Of a DNA stretch of 64,000 nucleotides, positions 58,342 through 64,000 are shown one piece after another. Made by a program: the position numbers and the translations under genes. Below the pieces are notes generated by a model, which saw nothing but the letters and a program-made list of their open reading frames with translations, was not told where the DNA came from and ran no database searches. The DNA is from Elusimicrobiota bacterium (GTDB taxonomy: Bacteria > Elusimicrobiota > Elusimicrobia > Elusimicrobiales > UBA9959). The stretch is taken from NCBI GenBank assembly GCA_016208085.1, contig JACQYT010000030.1, positions 8,135 to 72,134 of the forward strand, in the 5' to 3' direction. Position 1 is the stretch's first letter. Each line of letters starts with the position of its first letter.

Positions 58342-59214
58342 ATGAAAGCAAATGCAATTATCAAAAGTGTCGCGATTCTGATAAGCATGGGGCTTATCGT
58401 CGGCGCGGTTCAGGCCGCCGATAAAACCATCACTATCAAGGGTTCGGACACCATGGTGATTCTGGGCCAGCGCTGGGCGGAAGAATACATGAAGGCGCAT
58501 CCGGGCGTCGTGATCCAGGTCACGGGCGGAGGCTCCGGCACCGGCATTTCGGCCCTGATCAACGGCTCCACCGATATAGCCGAGGCTTCCCGGCCCATGA
58601 AGCCGGCGGAAAAAGCGTTGGTGAAGGAGAAGCATGGCAAGGACGTTGAAGAGATTGCGGTGGCCCTGGACGGGCTGGCCATCTACGTCCACCAGTCCAA
58701 TACCCTGAAGACCATCACTCTGGCGCAAGCCAGGGCCATCTATATAGGGCAGATGACGAGGTGGGAAGAGCTCGGCGTGAAACTCGCTCAGATCATCGCC
58801 TACGGCCGCGAGAATAATTCCGGGACCTATGCCTACTTCAAAGAGCATGTGCTGGGAAACCAGGACTTCGCCCCCGAAGTGCTCAGCCTGCCCGGCACGG
58901 CAGCCGTAATCAACGCCATAAGCAAGGACAAGAACGCCATCGGCTACGGCGGCATCGCCTACGGCAAGGGAATCCGGGCGCTCAAAGTCAGCAAGGACGT
59001 CAACGGGCCGGCGGTGGCGCCGACCATGGCGAACGTGCTCAACGGCTCCTACCCGATCTCCCGGGAATTATACTTTTATACAGCCGGGAAACCCGAAGGC
59101 GAAGAGAAGAACTTTATCGCCTGGATCCTGGGGCCGCATGGACAGAAGCTATGCGAACAAGTGGGTTACTACCCTTTAAAGAAAGCCGGAAAAGCCGCGA
59201 AGAAAAAGGCATAA
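58342..59214 (+). CDS. pstS: Phosphate ABC transporter substrate-binding protein
   Basis: KGSDT; GGGSGTG; ASR; RENNSGT; YPISR. Confidence 0.93.
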   Translation: MKANAIIKSVAILISMGLIVGAVQAADKTITIKGSDTMVILGQRWAEEYMKAHPGVVIQVTGGGSGTGISALINGSTDIAEASRPMKPAEKALVKEKHGKDVEEIAVALDGLAIYVHQSNTLKTITLAQARAIYIGQMTRWEELGVKLAQIIAYGRENNSGTYAYFKEHVLGNQDFAPEVLSLPGTAAVINAISKDKNAIGYGGIAYGKGIRALKVSKDVNGPAVAPTMANVLNGSYPISRELYFYTAGKPEGEEKNFIAWILGPHGQKLCEQVGYYPLKKAGKAAKKKA

Positions 59215-59473
59215 AAAGGATGAGAATCCCCCTTTTAGCAAAGGGGGTAGGGGGATTTGAATAAAATGTTGCCTGGCAACATTTTATGTACCCGGCGCGG
59301 GGTTTTCTTCAACACCTTGCCGGGGATGAGGGAGAAATTTCTTTCCCCCTCAAACTCCCCCTTGCCCCAAGGTTTCCCCGCGACTTGGGGGCGGGGTATA
59401 TTAAAAATTTTTGCGGCAAAAATTTTTAATAAATAAAGAGGGGTAATCAAAGCGAGGGACATGAGATAGTTGC

Positions 59474-60418
59474 ATGAACAGACCCAAAACCATGACAAGA
59501 AGCCGCTTCGCGGAAGGAGCCGTAGAATGGCTCATCCGCGCAAGCGCTTTTTCAGCCATTGTCGGATTATTCCTTATCTTTATATTCATTGGAAAGGAGG
59601 CGCTGCCCATTCTGACCTCGCCGGATGTCCGCAAGGAGGCAAACATCTCAAAGCTGTTCCTGCCCCAGGACCAGGCCCATCCATACTCATGGCAGCCGGT
59701 CTCTGAAATCCCGAAGTATTCCATCCTCCCGCTGTTCGTCGGCACCCTGAAGATGACCCTGGTCGCCGTCCTGTTCGCGATCCCTCTGGCCCTGGGCGCG
59801 GCTCTGTTTACTTCAGAGTTCTCCCCCGGCTGGCTTAAGGAGTTTATCAAGCCGATTATTGAACTTCTGGCCGGGATTCCCTCGGTAGTATTAGGCTTCT
59901 TCGCGCTGATGGTTATGGCGAGCTATGTGCAGGAACTTTTCGGCATCGTTTATCGTCTCAACGCCATCAACGCAGGCATAGCCCTGGGCTTAGCCGTGAT
60001 TCCCATTGTCTACACCGTGGCCGACGACGCGCTGACTTCGGTACCCAAGAGCTATCGCGAGGCCTCCATGGCTATGGGCGCTTCGCCCTGGCAGACGGCT
60101 TGGCGCGTGGTGTTTCCGGCGGCGCTGCCCGGAATACTGGCCGCCTGTGTGCTGGGCTTCGGCCGGGCCATCGGCGAGACCATGATAGTGTTGATGGCTT
60201 CGGGCAATGCCGCCATCATGTCCTGGAACCTGGCCAAGCCTGCGCGCAGCCTTTCCGCCACCATCGCGGCGGAACTGGGAGAGGTTGTCGTCGGCAGCGC
60301 GCATTACCATGTCCTCTTCTTCATCGGCATCTCTCTTTTCATCTTCACATTCGTCCTGAACATGTTCGCGCACTGGTTCGTAGCCCGGCTGCAGAAAAAA
60401 GTCCTGGGGACGATATGA
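59474..60418 (+). CDS. pstC: Phosphate ABC transporter permease
   Basis: ELLAGIPSVV.G; GRAIGETM. Confidence 0.92.
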   Translation: MNRPKTMTRSRFAEGAVEWLIRASAFSAIVGLFLIFIFIGKEALPILTSPDVRKEANISKLFLPQDQAHPYSWQPVSEIPKYSILPLFVGTLKMTLVAVLFAIPLALGAALFTSEFSPGWLKEFIKPIIELLAGIPSVVLGFFALMVMASYVQELFGIVYRLNAINAGIALGLAVIPIVYTVADDALTSVPKSYREASMAMGASPWQTAWRVVFPAALPGILAACVLGFGRAIGETMIVLMASGNAAIMSWNLAKPARSLSATIAAELGEVVVGSAHYHVLFFIGISLFIFTFVLNMFAHWFVARLQKKVLGTI

Positions 60419-61305
60419 TCGGAATATTCTTCGTCGCTTTGACCGCTTTGTGCTGCCTGATAATCGTCGCGCTGGTCGCCGTCATCCTCGGCGATATCGC
60501 CTGGTTCGGCTGGGGATCCTTGAACCTGCAATTTCTGCTGACGGCTCCGCAGCAGGGCATGACCGAGGGGGGCATCTTCCCGGCGATTTTCGGGACGGTC
60601 TTTCTGGTGCTTCTTATGACCATCGCGGTCATCCCTCTGGGAGTCATGACCGCGATTTATCTGCATGAATATGCGCCCAGAAAATCCATGGTGATCCGCT
60701 GGATCAGGCTTGCCATTGAAAATCTCGCCGGCGTCCCGGCCATCGTCTTCGGGCTCTTCGGCCTGGGCTTCTTCATAGAATTCGTAGGCAGGGGGATTGA
60801 CCGCATCTTCTTGGACGGCCAACTGGCTTTCGGCCAGCCGGCTATAATCTGGGCGGCTTTGACCCTGGCTCTTCTGACCCTGCCCACCGTGGTCGTGGCG
60901 ACCGAAGAAGCGCTCCGGGCCATTCCTGTGTCGCATCGCGAGGTGGCGTATTCCCTGGGCGCCACGCGCCTGCAGATGGTGCGCCGCGTCGTTCTGCCGC
61001 AGGCTGTCGGCGGCATACTGACGGGCGGCATACTGGCTGTCAGCCGCGGCGCGGGAGAGGTCGCGCCCATCCTTTTTACAGGCGCTGCCTATTTCCTGCC
61101 GTATCTGCCTAATAAGCTCAACGACCAGTTTATGGAGCTGGGCTACCACATCTATGTCCTGGCTACGCAGTCGCCCGACGTCGAGAAAACAAAGCCCATC
61201 CTGTATTCTACGGTCTTCGTGCTGCTGGTTTTGACATTCGCGCTCAATTTCACGGCCATCTGGATCAGATCCAGGATCCGGCGCAGGCTGCGGGCGGAGA
61301 AATGA
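60415..61305 (+). CDS. pstA: Phosphate ABC transporter permease
   Basis: GGIFPAIFGT; LAGVPAIVFGLFG; RGAGEVAP; ATG 60415 overlaps pstC stop. Confidence 0.92.
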   Translation: MIGIFFVALTALCCLIIVALVAVILGDIAWFGWGSLNLQFLLTAPQQGMTEGGIFPAIFGTVFLVLLMTIAVIPLGVMTAIYLHEYAPRKSMVIRWIRLAIENLAGVPAIVFGLFGLGFFIEFVGRGIDRIFLDGQLAFGQPAIIWAALTLALLTLPTVVVATEEALRAIPVSHREVAYSLGATRLQMVRRVVLPQAVGGILTGGILAVSRGAGEVAPILFTGAAYFLPYLPNKLNDQFMELGYHIYVLATQSPDVEKTKPILYSTVFVLLVLTFALNFTAIWIRSRIRRRLRAEK

Positions 61306-62063
61306 CTGGACAAAAAGGGCTGCAAATAGAAGAGTTGAGCATCCGCGCTGACGGGCGGGACCTCCTGCGTTCCGTTTCGCTGGAAGTCCGCCCGGGCGAG
61401 ATCCTCGGGATAATCGGCCCGGCCGGCAGCGGAAAGACCACTCTCCTCAGGTGCCTCAACCGGCTGGCCGATCTGGACGAGGGGCTGCGGATCTCCGGCC
61501 GGGTCTTCCTCAACGGCGCATCCATTCTGGGCAGGGATGCCGACGTCGTCGGGATCCGGCGCAAAATCGGCCTGGTTTTCCCGGTTCCCACGCCGCTTCC
61601 TTTGTCCATCTTTGACAATCTGGCTTTCGGCCCCAGAATCGGCGGCATAACCGCCGTGGAGGAATTGCGCCGGATGATGGAGAGCAGCCTTAAGTCCGCG
61701 TATCTCTGGGAGGAGGTCAATGACCGCCTGAACGAGCCGGCCGCCAACCTCTCCGGCGGGCAGCAGCAACGGCTCTGCCTGGCCCGCACCCTGATGCTGG
61801 AGCCGGAGATTTTACTGTTGGACGAGCCTTGTTCAGGGCTGGACCCGATTTCCACCGCGCAGATAGAAGAGGCTCTGAAGGTCCTGAGGAAGGATATGGC
61901 CATTGTTCTGGTCACTAACAATGTAAAACAAGCCTCACGGGTAGCGGATAAAACCGCTTTTCTGCTCCTGGGCGAACTAGTGGAGTTTGCTCCTACCCGG
62001 GAGCTTTTCACTACGCCCAGGGACAAGCGAACGGAAGATTATATCACCGGGAGGTTCGGATGA
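61302..62063 (+). CDS. pstB: Phosphate ABC transporter ATPase 1 (Q-loop and H-loop degenerate)
   Basis: GPAGSGKT; LSGGQQQRL; DEPCSGLDP; DYITGRFG. Confidence 0.88.
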   Translation: MTGQKGLQIEELSIRADGRDLLRSVSLEVRPGEILGIIGPAGSGKTTLLRCLNRLADLDEGLRISGRVFLNGASILGRDADVVGIRRKIGLVFPVPTPLPLSIFDNLAFGPRIGGITAVEELRRMMESSLKSAYLWEEVNDRLNEPAANLSGGQQQRLCLARTLMLEPEILLLDEPCSGLDPISTAQIEEALKVLRKDMAIVLVTNNVKQASRVADKTAFLLLGELVEFAPTRELFTTPRDKRTEDYITGRFG

Positions 62064-62818
62064 GCATCTCCTCCCTGGAAGCCCGCGAACTCAATCTCTA
62101 CTACGGCAATTTCCACGCGCTTAAAAATGTGACTGTCCGGATTGCGGAACACGCGATCACCTCCATCATCGGGCCCTCGGGCTGCGGTAAATCCACGCTG
62201 CTGCGCGTTTTCAACCGAATGAACGATCTGATCGCCACGGTCCGCGTTACCGGACAGGTTTTGATGCACGGCCGTGATATCTATTCCAGGCAGCTGGATA
62301 CGGCCTCCTTGAGGAAACGGGTCGGGATGGTGTTTCAGCGGCCTAATCCCTTCCCGCTGTCTATATTTGAGAATGTGGCCTATGGCCCGAAGATACACGC
62401 CCTCGTTGAGAAACACGAACTGGCGGAATTAGTCGCGAACAGCCTGAAGAAAACCGGTTTGTGGGAGCAGCTAAAGGATAAGCTGAACGACTCGGCCCTA
62501 TCGCTGCCGCCGGAACAGCAGCAGAGGCTGTGCATCTCCCGGCTGCTGGCTACGGAGCCGGAAGTGCTGCTTATGGACGAGCCGTGTTCCGCTCTGGACC
62601 CTATCGCCACGGCCAAGATTGAAGAGTTGATGCTGGAGTTGAAGGACAAATACACCATCGTCATCGTAACGCATAATATGCAGCAGGCGGCCCGCATCTC
62701 CGATTTCACGGCATTCATGCTGCTGGGGGAATTGCTGGAGTTCGACTCGACAAGCGCGATCTTCACCAACCCGCAGCACCCGAAAACGCAGGATTACGTC
62801 ACGGGAAGATTCGGCTAA
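62060..62818 (+). CDS. pstB: Phosphate ABC transporter ATPase 2 (signature degenerate)
   Basis: GPSGCGKST; FQRPNPFP; LPPEQQQRL; VTHNMQQA. Confidence 0.9.
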   Translation: MSISSLEARELNLYYGNFHALKNVTVRIAEHAITSIIGPSGCGKSTLLRVFNRMNDLIATVRVTGQVLMHGRDIYSRQLDTASLRKRVGMVFQRPNPFPLSIFENVAYGPKIHALVEKHELAELVANSLKKTGLWEQLKDKLNDSALSLPPEQQQRLCISRLLATEPEVLLMDEPCSALDPIATAKIEELMLELKDKYTIVIVTHNMQQAARISDFTAFMLLGELLEFDSTSAIFTNPQHPKTQDYVTGRFG

Positions 62819-62829
62819 CGGAGGGACTT

Positions 62830-63501
62830 ATGTATCGCCATTTTGAGGAAGTGGAAGGGGAATTGAAGAACCAGATTCTCTTCATGGGAAGCCTGGCGGA
62901 GGAAATGATCCATTTGGCCGTTCAAGGACTGGTGGAAAGGAAGAAAGAGCCGCTGTGCCATGTGGCGCAAAACGAGGAGCGAGTCAACCGTCTGCACATT
63001 GACGTGGACAATCGCTGCCTCAACCTGATAGCCCTGTATCAGCCGGCTGCGACGGACCTGCGGTTCATTATCGCGGCGATCAAGATCAACTCCGACCTGG
63101 AACGCATCGGCGACCAGGCTGTTAATATCTCGCAAACAACCGAACTATTGTTAAGTCAGCCCCAACTTGAAAGGAAGCTGCTGGATATCCCGCGCATGGC
63201 CGAATTAGCGCAAAACATGCTTAGAGATAGTTTGGACGCTTTTGTAAAAAAAGACGTGGCGCTCGCAAGAACGGTCCTGGCCAGAGATGCCGAAGAAGAC
63301 CAGTTGAAAAGCGAGGCGTTCAACGAGCTGATGCAGTTGATGCAATCAGATGCGTCCACAATCCAGCGGGCTTTAGGGCTTATACTTATCGCCAGGAACC
63401 TGGAGCGCGTCGCCGATCACGCCACCAACATCGCGGAAGACGTCATCTTCATGGCGCTGGGCCAGGATATTCGGCATCACGCGGAGGATGCGGCCGGCTG
63501 A
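62830..63501 (+). CDS. phoU: Phosphate signaling/transport regulator PhoU
   Basis: QPAATDLR; DLERIGD; LERVADHATNIAE. Confidence 0.95.
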   Translation: MYRHFEEVEGELKNQILFMGSLAEEMIHLAVQGLVERKKEPLCHVAQNEERVNRLHIDVDNRCLNLIALYQPAATDLRFIIAAIKINSDLERIGDQAVNISQTTELLLSQPQLERKLLDIPRMAELAQNMLRDSLDAFVKKDVALARTVLARDAEEDQLKSEAFNELMQLMQSDASTIQRALGLILIARNLERVADHATNIAEDVIFMALGQDIRHHAEDAAG

Positions 63502-63520
63502 ACGGGAAAATGTGGTTTTC

Positions 63521-64000
63521 CTATGGAGTTTTTCCGAGCCGGAGCTGTTTTTCCCACTGGCCGAAGGCGTGGCCCTGGGCCACAAGATTGCGCAGCCGCC
63601 GGAGCGTCTTTTCGCTCAAGGCGGCGGGGGCCCTGTCCGCAAAAGGAGTGCCGGGCAGCGGCATGAAAGTGTGGGCGTGTATCCTTGCCCCCAGCCTGAC
63701 CAGTTCCTCCATCGCCTTCAGCGTCATTCCCGCGTCGGCTTCCCCCTCCCCCGGCAGGCCCAGGATGAAATCCACGTCGGCGCTGAACCCAAAACGCAGG
63801 GCCAGCCGCACGGCCCTGTGAATATCGTCCACGGTATGCTGCCGCCGGATGGCCGAAAGTATCCTGGGGCTGCCGCTCTGCGCCCCTATGACCAGCCGCT
63901 TGTTATCGGCGTAACGCCGGGTCAGTTCCAGCGTTTCTTCCGTGACATGGTCCGGGCGCACTTCCGACGGGAAACTTCCAAAAAATATCCGCCCCTCTTT
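63521..64000 (-). CDS. Radical SAM protein, C-terminal part (B12-binding radical SAM-like; runs off window)
   Basis: GSFPSEVRP; GAQSGS; DFILGLPGE; HTFMPLPGTP. Confidence 0.75.
   Translation of the reverse strand, partial: KEGRIFFGSFPSEVRPDHVTEETLELTRRYADNKRLVIGAQSGSPRILSAIRRQHTVDDIHRAVRLALRFGFSADVDFILGLPGEGEADAGMTLKAMEELVRLGARIHAHTFMPLPGTPFADRAPAALSEKTLRRLRNLVAQGHAFGQWEKQLRLGKTP

Noticed and set aside
60100-60414. N-terminal extension of pstA
   Set aside because: Overlaps pstC out of frame; ATG 60415 is coupled to the pstC stop.

Overview
64 kb of a moderately GC-rich bacterial chromosome. The gene style suggests Elusimicrobiota, but that is inference. The backbone is housekeeping: pnp, rpsO, cinA, oligopeptidase B, hutH, ppdK, gmk, probable rpoZ, UDG, priA, tyrS, thpR, mltG, tRNA-Ala(CGC), asnS, and a full phoBR-porin-pstSCAB1B2-phoU locus. 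Most notable: (1) A family of three secreted Cys-rich proteins with a shared N-terminal part and different C-terminal enzyme-like tips (two HExxH, one phospholipase-A2-like). Each is followed by a membrane gene. Two copies are inverted around an IS graveyard, which fits a polymorphic toxin/immunity-like system. (2) A recurring insertion architecture in which a solo cargo gene sits between a host-gene 3' end and an 84-143 bp duplicate of that end, with a REP-like palindrome abutting the duplicate. (3) Two miniature repeat families with compensatory base-pair changes. (4) Informative motif changes in core enzymes: complementary degenerate PstB1/PstB2 sites, an Ala-Cys-Gly MIO triad in HutH, a helicase-degenerate PriA and a C-terminally truncated DnaE. 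No CRISPR array or intact reverse transcriptase was seen. All calls come from manual reading; no database search was run.
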